The position numbers and the translations under genes are program-made. The notes under the pieces were generated by a model, which did no database searches, had not been told where the DNA came from, and saw nothing but the letters and a program-made list of their open reading frames with translations. DNA of 64,000 bases, from contig CAVSGI010000008.1 in assembly GCA_963727445.1 (NCBI GenBank), positions 320,001 to 384,000 of the forward strand, in the 5' to 3' direction. The stretch is from an uncultured delta proteobacterium. GTDB taxonomy: Bacteria; Myxococcota_A; Polyangia; Polyangiales; B10-G4. Positions within the stretch are counted from its first letter, which is position 1. Each line of letters opens with the position of its first letter. Shown here piece after piece: positions 1 through 9,039 of this stretch.

Positions 1-1
1 G

Positions 2-172
2 GTCACGGCCAGCGTGGGCGCCGCGGCAGCCACCATGATCTCCGACGACGGGACCGGCTGGCGCAACCCTCGAGAGGTGATCGTCGAGGCCCTCGGGCGG
101 GCGGACGAGGCGCTCTACGAAGCGAAAGCGAGCGGGCGCAACAAAGTCGTCCTGCATTCGCGCGACGCGTAG
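2..172 (+). CDS. 3' end of a GGDEF diguanylate cyclase (partial, runs off window start)
   Basis: Frame 2 reads VTASVGAAA...ADEALYEAKASGRNKVV...*, the typical GGDEF C-terminus; TAG at 170-172. Not in the supplied ORF track. Confidence 0.85.
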   Translation, partial: VTASVGAAAATMISDDGTGWRNPREVIVEALGRADEALYEAKASGRNKVVLHSRDA

Positions 173-189
173 AAAGAAAACGCCCGACG

Positions 190-2045
190 GAAAAGCAGAG
201 GGGCGACCCTTTCGGATCGCCCCTCTTGGAAAGTCGTCGTTGGTGCATGTCGTCTTTCGAACGACTGGGACCGTTTTTCGCGGCCCGCGCACCATGTGGA
301 TGCGAGTTACGTCGCACCCACGGTGACCGTCATCATGTGGGCTCACCGCTTCTTGCCGCCGTCGGTTGGAGCTCCTCTCGAAGCTTCCTCCCTGTTTGAC
401 CAGTTCGCGCTGGTGGCGTGCGCGGGGGATGGGGCTATTCGCCGTCACCCGCTTCGATCGTCTCCAGTGATGACCCCACGAGAGGAGCGCATTCGAAAAT
501 AAACTCTTCGCGGTCTGTGGCCCCCCTCCGTTGCTCTGCGCCACGGTGACTTCTCAGTCCCGTTGCACCTCGAGGTAGCCTTGTCCATCACGGCCCGATC
601 TCTGACGTTTCATGTCGCTCCGCAGGTGCCGTGTACGAGCTTCTCGCGCCCGCACCCGATCTCCGTTCACCCCGCATCCCCGAAGGGTGCGTCGGCCGTC
701 GGACCTGCTTCGCCAGACACGGTCGTCACCCGCCCTTGTTTAAGGGGCGAGCGCGTCGCCGCGCCGAAACGCCTTCCGTCGTCCATCGGTCCTTCGAGCG
801 TAGCTCGAAGTGCAGCTTCGACTTTCTCCTGGCCTGGAGAAACATCGGAGCTCCCGCACCCGTTTCACATCGAAGACTCACCCGCGACCGCGTCGAACGT
901 TTCGCGAGCTCTCTTCGCTGCTAGCGCATCCCGACCACACGACCCTTTCGAGCCGCCCGGAGGATGTGCAAGGGGCACGTCGTGGCGACGTTTGCAGCCC
1001 ACATTCTTCAGTTTTCAACGACGCTCATCCACGTCTCGTGCAGCTACCGTTTCGCTCGGGGACCGAAATCCCTCTGCTCTCCGGTCGAGCGTACCGTTCA
1101 CGGCGGAACGCTCGGCTTCGGCGGACCGGTCGTAGCGGTGAAGCCTTTTCGACTCCGTTTTCCCGCCCGTTTCCGGCCGAACCTCTGACGCCCCGTCGTC
1201 TCCGCCTCGGATCGGGCGCCCTTTCGGGACCTTCTCCTTCGCTTCGACCTAGCCCGCTTCTACCGCCTCCCCGTGAGGGCGACGGCTTGTTCCCGGACCG
1301 GGACGCCTCCACCGACAAGACCTCCGAAGAGGTGCTTTCGAAGCGACGCCTCTCGACGCCTCTCGATGACCCGATGCTCTTCACCTTGGATCCTTCGGAC
1401 CCTCCGCTAGACGGTTTCACGTTCGCGACTCTCGCCGCTCTCGCTCCCCCGCCAGGCATCGCCTGTCGGCTTGTGCAGCTTTTCAAAGACACGACCCGCG
1501 GACAAATCCGCGATTCCGATCCCCGTGTCCGGTGTTTCGGACGTTGGGTGACGTGCTCCGGGACGAGCCCGAAACCGCCAGCCGAGTGTCGCCTCGCGAG
1601 GAGCGCCAGCCTCCGCCAGCACCTAGCCCCGCTCGCCGACTTTCCCGAGCATCCGTGTCGCCTCCCCGAATCCCGAGGGCCGAGAAGGTCCCTCGTACCA
1701 TCGAAAAGGCCAAGGCCCCGCTTTGCAACGCGCCCCGCGAAGGGCGCATCTAGGCTGCGGACCGGATGCCTTCCACCATCGACCCTCGGGTGCGTCCGAG
1801 CCCCTTTTCAGAGCCCGCCCGCGTCACTCCCGAATCGTCCTTCCCGTGACTGTTGCCACCCACGAGACGGCGATGCCTCTTGTGCCTCCCAGAGCCGCCC
1901 ACCTTCGACGGGCATCACGACCTCGGAAGACTCGACCGACCCATCAGAGCGCGAGAGCCTCGCTACCCCTCTGAACCGCCCGCAGCATCTCGACAGCTTC
2001 TGCGACCGTGGAATCTCGCGAACTCACGTACCGCGACCTTCCGAG
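190..2045 (-). ncRNA. Putative very large structured non-coding RNA of unknown family
   Basis: No ORF here shows the genome's codon pattern or a recognisable protein. There are many hairpins with GNRA/UUCG loops and G-U pairs that work only on the minus strand, which is purine-rich. A candidate promoter and a terminator flank it. Confidence 0.65.
191..226 (-). terminator. Intrinsic terminator-like hairpin, possibly also serving the convergent GGDEF gene
   Basis: Minus strand AGAGGGGCGATCC-GAAA-GGGTCGCCCCTCT (13 bp stem, one G-U pair) followed by GCTTTT. Confidence 0.7.
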
Positions 2046-2049
2046 AGTC

Positions 2050-2078
2050 TTTATGCCGGAACCGCCAACTCTCTGCAA
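2050..2078 (-). promoter_or_regulatory. Candidate sigma70-type promoter for the putative ncRNA
   Basis: Minus strand TTGCAG-N17-CATAAA preceded by a T-rich tract; the predicted start near 2043-2045 coincides with the 5' closing stem. Confidence 0.4.
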
Positions 2079-2106
2079 CAAGAAAATGCGCCTCAATGCT
2101 CTTTTT

Positions 2107-2159
2107 TTATCCACAGCGGCACCCCTGAACTATCCACAGCTATCCACAGCCACTCCACA
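2107..2159 (+). promoter_or_regulatory. DnaA-box cluster
   Basis: TTATCCACA at 2107-2115 (perfect), CTATCCACA at 2130-2138 and 2140-2148, degenerate CACTCCACA at 2151-2159. Confidence 0.7.
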
Positions 2160-2378
2160 AAGGGGCTATCACTAGGGGTTTTTGAGCGGAACACCAACGC
2201 CGACCGCTGTGCAGACCTCGGACATTGGCGTGCTTGATACCAATCTTCTCCAATTGTTTTTCGCCCGTGAATAGCGTTTGAGTCGTGCACGCAACCGGAG
2301 CCTCGGAGCGGTCGCTCAGCCCTGAAAGCCGTGGGTTTTCGCTACGCACGGGGGCGTGGCTTTCGTTTCGGCAAAGGG

Positions 2379-3803
2379 TCAACGCCCTCGGCGTCGAAGC
2401 ACCAAGAGCACGGCTAGGAGCAATGCGCCGCGAGGCAACGCCCCCACGGGCTCCGCAGCGAGAGTAGAGGTGTCGCAGCCGCTGCTCCGTTCCGCATGCG
2501 TCGGTGTCGCCGGCACGACCGCCGCCGCCTCGGCGTCAGGGACGTGTTCGGCCTCGGGGGTCGTCGTTTCCGGCCCGGGCGGTGGCTCGGGGCGCCGGAT
2601 CAGCGACTCCGGGAGCCAGCCTTCGCGCCCGAAGAGGTCGCGCACCCGGACCATGTCGCCGCGCGTCTCGAGCTCGCGCAGCAGGAACCCGCCCTTGATG
2701 GTGCCGAGGCTCTCGGCGCTTTCCTCCAGGGATGCGCGCAGCTCGCCCTCGCCCTCGGCGCGCAGCTGAAAGTGGCTGAGCAGCACGTCGTTCTCGCGCC
2801 GCTTGGTGATGATCACGTTCGAGATCAGCTGTTGCATCGCGAACGCACCCGCGACGTGGCCCACGCGCACATCGTCGAGACCGCGACCCCGAAGCTCTTC
2901 CACGTCGTCGTCGCTCAGGCCGAGGTCGCGCGCGAAGGCGCTGCCCCGCGCGCGGTCGCGCGCCGAGGCGAGGCGCGACTGCTGTAGGTAGAAGTGACTG
3001 GTGGTGTGCAGCACCCGGCCCTCCCCTTCCACGAAGGTCACGGCGATGGCCGCCTGACCGTAGCGACGCCGCATCTCGTCGCTGGTCAGCAGCACCTCCA
3101 CGCGGCGCGGGTCGAGCACGCGGATCGGATAGCTCGAAGACTCGAGCCACCAGCGGAGCTCGTCGCTGGTCCCCTGCACGTTGTCCATGAAGGGATGGTC
3201 CTGGTCGAGCACCTCGACGGTGACGACGTCGTTGCCGGTGTCGCGCCCGCCGCGGCGGATCGTCTCGGGGAAGGCGCGCGTCGCGAGGCGCAAGGCCCAG
3301 TCGGTGGTCACCAGGAAGCCCCCCGTCTCCACGAAGCGCCGGAGCTTGTCCACGCCGGCCCGGCTCATGTTCCCCGGGCAGTTCACCATCACCGTCTGGG
3401 TGCTCATCAGCGGCAGCTGCGCCACCAGGCGGGGCGGGAGCACCACGTGGTCCGTCTCCAGCGCCGTCAGAACGTCCTGGACCCGATCGAAGGTGCCGCG
3501 GACGACGATCACCTCGGCCTGGCGTGCGTTTTCGAGGAGCTCGAGATCGTGGGGCCGCGACGAGCGCAAGCGCCGGCGCACCAGTTGAGACGCGACCGAG
3601 TTCGCCTGGCGCATCTCCTCTGAACCGAGCGTCCCCGTGGCGTTGCCGTCAGTCGCCTGACGCCGCGCCCGCGCCGGCATCGCCTGGTAGGCGTTGTCCA
3701 TGAAGTACTGCTCTTCGGCGGCCTGAGCCCCCACCAGCGCCGGCGCCGCGCCCCACAAGAGGCTCGTCGCGACGGCGCACCCCACCAGGTGTCGCATCGT
3801 CAT
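2379..3803 (-). CDS. Secreted protein with class I glutamine amidotransferase-like domain, SH3-like domain and MYXO-CTERM-like sorting tail
   Basis: Signal peptide MTMRHLVGCAV...AQA; VMVNCPG...LRRFVETGGFLVTTDWA; VRVRDLFGREGWLP; C-terminal SSGC...LLLAVLLVLRRRGR. Start re-assigned within ORF 2379..4448. Confidence 0.7.
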   Translation of the reverse strand: MTMRHLVGCAVATSLLWGAAPALVGAQAAEEQYFMDNAYQAMPARARRQATDGNATGTLGSEEMRQANSVASQLVRRRLRSSRPHDLELLENARQAEVIVVRGTFDRVQDVLTALETDHVVLPPRLVAQLPLMSTQTVMVNCPGNMSRAGVDKLRRFVETGGFLVTTDWALRLATRAFPETIRRGGRDTGNDVVTVEVLDQDHPFMDNVQGTSDELRWWLESSSYPIRVLDPRRVEVLLTSDEMRRRYGQAAIAVTFVEGEGRVLHTTSHFYLQQSRLASARDRARGSAFARDLGLSDDDVEELRGRGLDDVRVGHVAGAFAMQQLISNVIITKRRENDVLLSHFQLRAEGEGELRASLEESAESLGTIKGGFLLRELETRGDMVRVRDLFGREGWLPESLIRRPEPPPGPETTTPEAEHVPDAEAAAVVPATPTHAERSSGCDTSTLAAEPVGALPRGALLLAVLLVLRRRGR

Positions 3804-3854
3804 GGGGGGTGCGACGGGTGGGATCCGCCGAGGATCTAGAGGAAGATGCCGGCC

Positions 3855-4670
3855 ATGAGTGAAGGAAGAGCTGGCCAGGGAGAGGGCCAGAGAATTGCCC
3901 TGGTGACGGGCGGAACCGGCGCCATCGGGGAGGCCATCGTGCGCGGGCTCTGTGCGCGGGGGTTTTCGGTCATCACCACCGCCCGCAGCGAGGCCAAAGG
4001 AGCGGCGACGACCAAACGCATCCAAGAAGCCGTTCCGGGCGCCGAGGTTCGCGCGCTCCAGGGAGACGTGAGCACGGCGGCGGGCGTGACCGACCTCCGC
4101 GCCCACGTCGACGGTCCCCTCCACGTCCTCGTCAACAACGCCGCCGAGTGCCCGAAGCGTCGCGAAGAGACCGAGGAGGGCGTCGAGCGCCAATGGGCCA
4201 CGAACGTCCTCGGCTACTACCGGATGATCCTCGCCTTCGAGGACCTGCTCGCGGCGTCCGCGCCCGCGCGGGTGGTGAACGTGGCGAGCTACTGGGCGGG
4301 CGGCCTCGACCTCGACGATCCCGAGTTCGTGGAGCGGCGCTACGACAACGACAGCGCCTACCGGCAGAGCAAACAGGCAGATCGCATGATCACCGCGGGG
4401 CTCGCCGAGCGCCTCGCGACGAAGGGGATCACCATCAACGCCTGTCACCCCGGCGACGTCCCCAGCAAGCTCGCGCGCGATCTCGGCTTCGGCGGCTCCT
4501 CCACCCCAGAGCAGGGGGCGGCGACGCCCCTCTTCCTCGCCGCCGACGCGAGCGTGGAGGGCGAGACCGGCGGGTACTATGCGCGCTCGCGTCGCGAGGA
4601 CGATCCCTTCACTCGCGATCCCGCAGAGGTCGAGCGGCTCCTGCTACTCTGCGCCTCCTACGCTCGATGA
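3855..4670 (+). CDS. Short-chain dehydrogenase/reductase (retinol dehydrogenase-like)
   Basis: VTGGTGAIG, NNA, VVNVAS and YRQSK motifs. Confidence 0.9.
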   Translation: MSEGRAGQGEGQRIALVTGGTGAIGEAIVRGLCARGFSVITTARSEAKGAATTKRIQEAVPGAEVRALQGDVSTAAGVTDLRAHVDGPLHVLVNNAAECPKRREETEEGVERQWATNVLGYYRMILAFEDLLAASAPARVVNVASYWAGGLDLDDPEFVERRYDNDSAYRQSKQADRMITAGLAERLATKGITINACHPGDVPSKLARDLGFGGSSTPEQGAATPLFLAADASVEGETGGYYARSRREDDPFTRDPAEVERLLLLCASYAR

Positions 4671-6286
4671 TTCGGCTCGACTCGGTCTCCAAACAACACG
4701 GCTCCCAGATCCTCTTCCTCGAGGCGTCGATGAGCGTCTTCAAGGGCGAGAAGGTCGGCCTCGTCGGCCCGAACGGCGCCGGCAAGTCCACCATCTTCCG
4801 CATGATGGTCGGCGAGGAGCAGCCCGACGCGGGCCGCGTCGTCCGCGAGAAGAACCTGACGATCGGCTACTTCGACCAGAACGTGGGCGAGATGAGCGGG
4901 CGTTCGGTGGTGGCCGAGACCATCGCCGGCGCAGGCGAGGTCGCCGAGCTCATGGCCGAGCTCCGCACCCTCGAAGCCAGGATGGCCGACCCTTCCCACG
5001 CCGACGAGCTCGAAAGGGCGATCGAACGATTCGGCGAAGTCCAGGCGCGCTTCGACGAGCTCGATGGCTACGGGCTCGAAGCCCGCGCGCGCGAGATCCT
5101 CGCCGGCCTCGCCTTCCCCGAAGCGCGGGTCGACCGCGACGTCGGCGAGCTCTCGGGCGGCTGGAAGATGCGCGTCGCGCTGGCGCGCATCCTGTTGATG
5201 CGGCCCGACGTGCTCCTGCTCGACGAGCCGACGAACCACCTCGACATCGAGTCGATCGTCTGGCTCGAAGGCTTCCTGCGCGACTTCGAGGGCGCGTTGG
5301 TCATCACCTCCCACGACCGCGATTTCTTGAACCGACTGGTCACGAAGATCGTGGAGATCGACGGCGGCGAGCTCACCACCTACAGCGGCGACTACGACTT
5401 CTACGAGCAGCAGCGCGCGCTCGCGGACGCGCAGCAGGAGGCGCAGTTCGCACGCCAGCAGGCGATGCTCGCCAAGGAGAAGGCCTTCATCGCGCGCTTC
5501 AAGGCGCGCGCCAGCCACGCGGCGCAGGTGCAGTCACGAGTGAAGAAGCTCGACAAGATCGACAAGATCGAGCCGCCCAAGCGGCGCAAGGTGGTCCAGT
5601 TCGAGTTCCGCGAGCCGCCGCGCTCGGGTGACGACGTCGTCCAGCTCGACCACGTGCACAAGGCCTACGGCGACCACGTGATCTACGACGACTTCGATTT
5701 CCTGATCCGGCGCCGCGAGCGCTGGTGCGTGATGGGCGTCAACGGCGCCGGCAAGTCGACGCTGCTCAAGCTGGTCGCGGGCGCTACCGAGCCGGACACG
5801 GGTGAGGTGGTGGTCGGGGCCAGCGTGAAGATGGGCTACTTCGCGCAGCACGCGATGGAGGTCCTCGATCCCCAGAAGACCGTCTTCGAGTCCCTCCTCG
5901 ATGAGCACCCGCGCGCCTCCATCGGTCAGCTCCGCACCCTCGCGGGCGCCTTCGGCTTCAGCGGAGACGAGGCCGACAAGCCCTGCCGCGTGCTGTCCGG
6001 CGGCGAGAAGGCGCGCCTGGTCCTCGCCCGCATGCTCTACGACCCGCCGAACTTCCTCGTCCTCGACGAGCCCACCAACCACCTGGATCTCGCGACCAAG
6101 GAGATGCTGGTGGAGGCGCTCCGCGACTTTCAGGGGACGATGCTCTTCGTCTCCCACGACCGCGAGTTCCTCCGCGGGCTCGGCACGCGCGTCCTCGAGC
6201 TCACGCCCGAGGGCGTGCATCGCTACGAGGGCAGCTACGCCGAATACGTCGAGCAGACCGGACACGAGGCCCCCGGGATCGGCTGA
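4667..6286 (+). CDS. ABC-F family ATP-binding protein
   Basis: Two ABC domains (GPNGAGKS/LSGGW/LLLDEPTNHLD and GVNGAGKS/LSGGE/LVLDEPTNHLD), no TM segments; ATGA overlap with the SDR. Confidence 0.93.
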   Translation: MIRLDSVSKQHGSQILFLEASMSVFKGEKVGLVGPNGAGKSTIFRMMVGEEQPDAGRVVREKNLTIGYFDQNVGEMSGRSVVAETIAGAGEVAELMAELRTLEARMADPSHADELERAIERFGEVQARFDELDGYGLEARAREILAGLAFPEARVDRDVGELSGGWKMRVALARILLMRPDVLLLDEPTNHLDIESIVWLEGFLRDFEGALVITSHDRDFLNRLVTKIVEIDGGELTTYSGDYDFYEQQRALADAQQEAQFARQQAMLAKEKAFIARFKARASHAAQVQSRVKKLDKIDKIEPPKRRKVVQFEFREPPRSGDDVVQLDHVHKAYGDHVIYDDFDFLIRRRERWCVMGVNGAGKSTLLKLVAGATEPDTGEVVVGASVKMGYFAQHAMEVLDPQKTVFESLLDEHPRASIGQLRTLAGAFGFSGDEADKPCRVLSGGEKARLVLARMLYDPPNFLVLDEPTNHLDLATKEMLVEALRDFQGTMLFVSHDREFLRGLGTRVLELTPEGVHRYEGSYAEYVEQTGHEAPGIG

Positions 6287-6350
6287 AATTATCGCGATCT
6301 TCACCCAACGGGAGAGCTTTTCGGGGTTCTGCCCGTATGAAGGGAAGTCG

Positions 6351-7247
6351 GTGGAGAGGAAGGACGAGGCTTCTGAGCGGAAGCGGCGCTGGCCCGCGCC
6401 AGGCGTGGTCGGCCTCCTCGCGCTCTTCGCGTCCACCGGCCTGCACGTCGTCGTCTTCCTGTTCTTCGTCGGGAGCGCTCGGCTCCCAGCCCCCGACATG
6501 AGCTCGGCGACCGCGGAGCTGCTCGTGGACGTGACCGTGCCCGGGCTCGGACCTCCCGGCGCGCCGGCAGGTGATCTCGCCAACGTCCAGGAGGCCGACC
6601 CCCTCGCCGAAGAGCTGGACGCACCGGTGATGCCGCCCCCGCGGGCGGAGCGCCCCTCGACGGTCGACGCCACCGAGACCGCACCCACCGAGCTCTCCCC
6701 GGAGGGGGAGCCAGCCGAAGTCGCGGAGACGGCGTCTGAGGCCGGTGCGGTCGATGGTGACGCCTTCATCGACTCGCTCATCGCCCGCCCGCGGGCCGGC
6801 ACCGGCGCCGGCGCCGGCGGCAATGGCGGCGCGGGATGCGAGGATCCGATCGAGGGCGTCTGGCACGTGCGCAAGTACCGCTCCGGCGAGGGATGGTGGA
6901 CCACCTTCACCCTGCACATCGAGCGGGACGGCGACGAGCTCCGCGGACGCGTTGTGCAGCACGGATGGAACGGCAACGCGGACGACCAATCGCCGCCGGC
7001 CTGCACGCCCGGCATGTTCGAGCATCGCGTGGAGATGTTCGGCGAAGGGTTCGTGCACGGCGACCAGGTGCGCTTCGACGCCGTGGGCCCGCCCCGGCGC
7101 ACGGTGCTCTGCCGCGGCCTGCCCCTCGGCTACAATCTCGATCACTTCACGGGCACCGTGCGTGGCAACCGGCTCCTCGCGGTGAACAACGACGGCGGCC
7201 GCGACGTGAACGCGCCTTACGTCTTTCGTCGCACGAGTTGCCGTTGA
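6351..7247 (+). CDS. Membrane-anchored hypothetical protein (N-terminal TM, acidic Pro-rich linker, C-terminal beta-rich domain)
   Basis: GTG start in frame with ORF 5901..7247; TM GVVGLLALF...FLFFV; C-terminal IEGVW...YNLDHFTG...YVFRRTSCR. Confidence 0.7.
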   Translation: MERKDEASERKRRWPAPGVVGLLALFASTGLHVVVFLFFVGSARLPAPDMSSATAELLVDVTVPGLGPPGAPAGDLANVQEADPLAEELDAPVMPPPRAERPSTVDATETAPTELSPEGEPAEVAETASEAGAVDGDAFIDSLIARPRAGTGAGAGGNGGAGCEDPIEGVWHVRKYRSGEGWWTTFTLHIERDGDELRGRVVQHGWNGNADDQSPPACTPGMFEHRVEMFGEGFVHGDQVRFDAVGPPRRTVLCRGLPLGYNLDHFTGTVRGNRLLAVNNDGGRDVNAPYVFRRTSCR

Positions 7248-7321
7248 GGGTTGGGCACGGCGAAGGACTTTTGCAAGCCGGAGCTCCGTCGTTCGTGTTT
7301 TCATTCCGAGCAGAGCGCTGC

Positions 7322-8116
7322 ATGTCCATGCCGACCCGTCATCATCCCGCCTCTCCACTGCTTCGGATCTGTGTTGCCGCCGTGATCGCGCAGGTCGGAT
7401 GCGGTGCGCCGTCGACGGAGCGGGAGACGGCGGGACCGGCGACGCCCGCCGCTCGTCGCGAGCCAGCGCCCGCTCCCCCACGGGACGCTCCCGCACAGGA
7501 CACGCGCGCCGATGACGAGGGAGCGCCGGCCCCGAACGAGGACGTCGACGGCGCACCAGAAGCCGACGCGCCCCCCGAGAGCTCACCGGCGCTGCCCGAG
7601 CCCGTGTGCTTCGATCCTGGGAGCTGCGAAGGGCTGGCGTGCGTCGTAGAGGACGGCGCGGCGGCGTGCGCCGACCGGGAGTGCTGCGGTGACGATGCGT
7701 GTGCTCAGCGATGCCGCAGCCCCGGAGACTGCCCGCGCTGCCGTCCGAGCTGCGAGGAAGACGGGTCGGTGAGCGTGTGCGCCGAGGTCGCGCCCTCGGC
7801 GGCGGCCGCGGAGTGTCGGCGCGACGCGGAGTGCATCCTCGTCGACCGCCCACTGCCGTGCCAGGTCTGCGGTTCCTGCCCTTCCGTCCCGCAGGTGTGG
7901 ACGCGCCGCGAGTGGAATCGAGCGCTACGAGAGGCCCGTGCCCAATGCGGACGACGACGCGGTCGCGGCCACCCGCGCTGCTCGCCGTGCCGTCCCCTCC
8001 CCTCCGAGCGCTACGTCCCGGAGGAAGCGATCTGCGTCGACGGTCGCTGCGTGCCGCACGGTGGAGGGATCATCTCCACCAGCGCCGATCCGCTCGAATC
8101 CCTGGATACGATCTGA
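7322..8116 (+). CDS. Cys-rich lipoprotein
   Basis: Lipobox-like AQVGC, Pro/Ala linker, about 20 Cys in short repeats. Confidence 0.65.
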   Translation: MSMPTRHHPASPLLRICVAAVIAQVGCGAPSTERETAGPATPAARREPAPAPPRDAPAQDTRADDEGAPAPNEDVDGAPEADAPPESSPALPEPVCFDPGSCEGLACVVEDGAAACADRECCGDDACAQRCRSPGDCPRCRPSCEEDGSVSVCAEVAPSAAAAECRRDAECILVDRPLPCQVCGSCPSVPQVWTRREWNRALREARAQCGRRRGRGHPRCSPCRPLPSERYVPEEAICVDGRCVPHGGGIISTSADPLESLDTI

Positions 8117-8140
8117 CAGCGGGGACGTTCTGCCTTCCCC

Positions 8141-8719
8141 TCAGGGGCAAACGCTCACGGTCACATCGCCCATGAGCGAAGCGCCGCCGATGCCGACATC
8201 CAATGTGCAGCTCAGCGAAGCCGCCGTCGGATCGATGGGATCGCACACGGCTGCTGTCGCGTCGCCCGACCGATCGGCGCCGACTTGGAACACCCCATCT
8301 TGAATGGTGAAGATGACGTTGTCGCTTGCGTTGGTTTCGCCGTTCAGGGTGATCCCCAGGGTCGCCCCGTCGTTGTCGAGACCGGGGCTGATGCCCACGT
8401 CCAGGTCCGTTCCGCACGAGACGACGAGAGAGCTCACGACCAGAAGGTAGTTCTCGCCGAAGAGACCGCTGAGGGTCGTTCCCATGACCACGTCCCCATC
8501 CTGGACGTGGGCGAGAAATCCGTACCTCATCTCGAATGGATAGGTGTCACCGCGGTCCGTCGCGACCCCATCGAGAGGACCCGACTCCAAGAGCACGCCG
8601 GCCCCCATGGAGCTCGCATCAGAACCAGGACCTCGGGTCCTGGAGTCGCCACACCCACCGAGCACGAGCCCGAGCAGAGCCGCCACCAGCACGAGAATCA
8701 GAGTCGTCGAACGCTTCAT
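8141..8719 (-). CDS. Hypothetical lipoprotein
   Basis: MKRSTTLILVLVAALLGLVLGGC signal with lipobox; GGAGG SD upstream. Confidence 0.75.
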   Translation of the reverse strand: MKRSTTLILVLVAALLGLVLGGCGDSRTRGPGSDASSMGAGVLLESGPLDGVATDRGDTYPFEMRYGFLAHVQDGDVVMGTTLSGLFGENYLLVVSSLVVSCGTDLDVGISPGLDNDGATLGITLNGETNASDNVIFTIQDGVFQVGADRSGDATAAVCDPIDPTAASLSCTLDVGIGGASLMGDVTVSVCP

Positions 8720-8756
8720 GATTACCCCTCCGCTCCATCCTATCGTCGATACGACA

Positions 8757-9015
8757 TCACGGGGCCGGCGGCCCTTTCGTGCCTTCGACGCCTTCGGGGA
8801 CGAGCGCGGCTCCCTCGGCGTCGAGCGTCAGGGGGTTAGAAGGTGTGAGCGACGCGAAGCCATTGGGCGGCGGTAGAGAGGTGGATGAAACCCTCGCTGT
8901 CGAGGCTCGGGACGCGATAGTCGCCGACGGCTTCTGCGGCGCGCCACGCGGCGGCCTCGGTGATGTGGAAGAGTAGCCTCGCGTCCTGCGGAACACCTTT
9001 CGGTCGCTTGGGCAC
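8757..9015 (-). pseudogene. Truncated DUF952-family gene
   Basis: GTG at 9015 gives a 59 aa peptide, LLFHITEAAAWRAAEAVGDYRVPSLDSEGFIHLSTAAQW...F, with stop at 8836-8838. A probable C-terminal remnant PLTLDAEGAALVP follows in another frame; the central part is absent. Confidence 0.65.
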
Positions 9016-9039
9016 GGCGCGCTACTCTAACAAGTTCCG

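Noticed and set aside
190..2045. rRNA, tmRNA, RNase P RNA or group II intron identity for the non-coding region
   Set aside because: I could not find universal rRNA motifs, tRNA-like ends with a tag ORF, the RNase P P4 consensus, or a domain V with catalytic triad and an RT ORF. A covariance search is still needed to exclude divergent members.
563..2237. Long ORFs 563..1135, 810..2237 and 1025..1492 as protein genes
   Set aside because: Arg/Ser/Pro-rich, no motifs, and lacking the strong third-position GC pattern of real genes here; best explained as chance ORFs over a structured non-coding region.
4667..6286. ABC-F as an antibiotic resistance gene
   Set aside because: Most ABC-F proteins are housekeeping translation factors; the subfamily cannot be assigned by eye and there is no resistance context.
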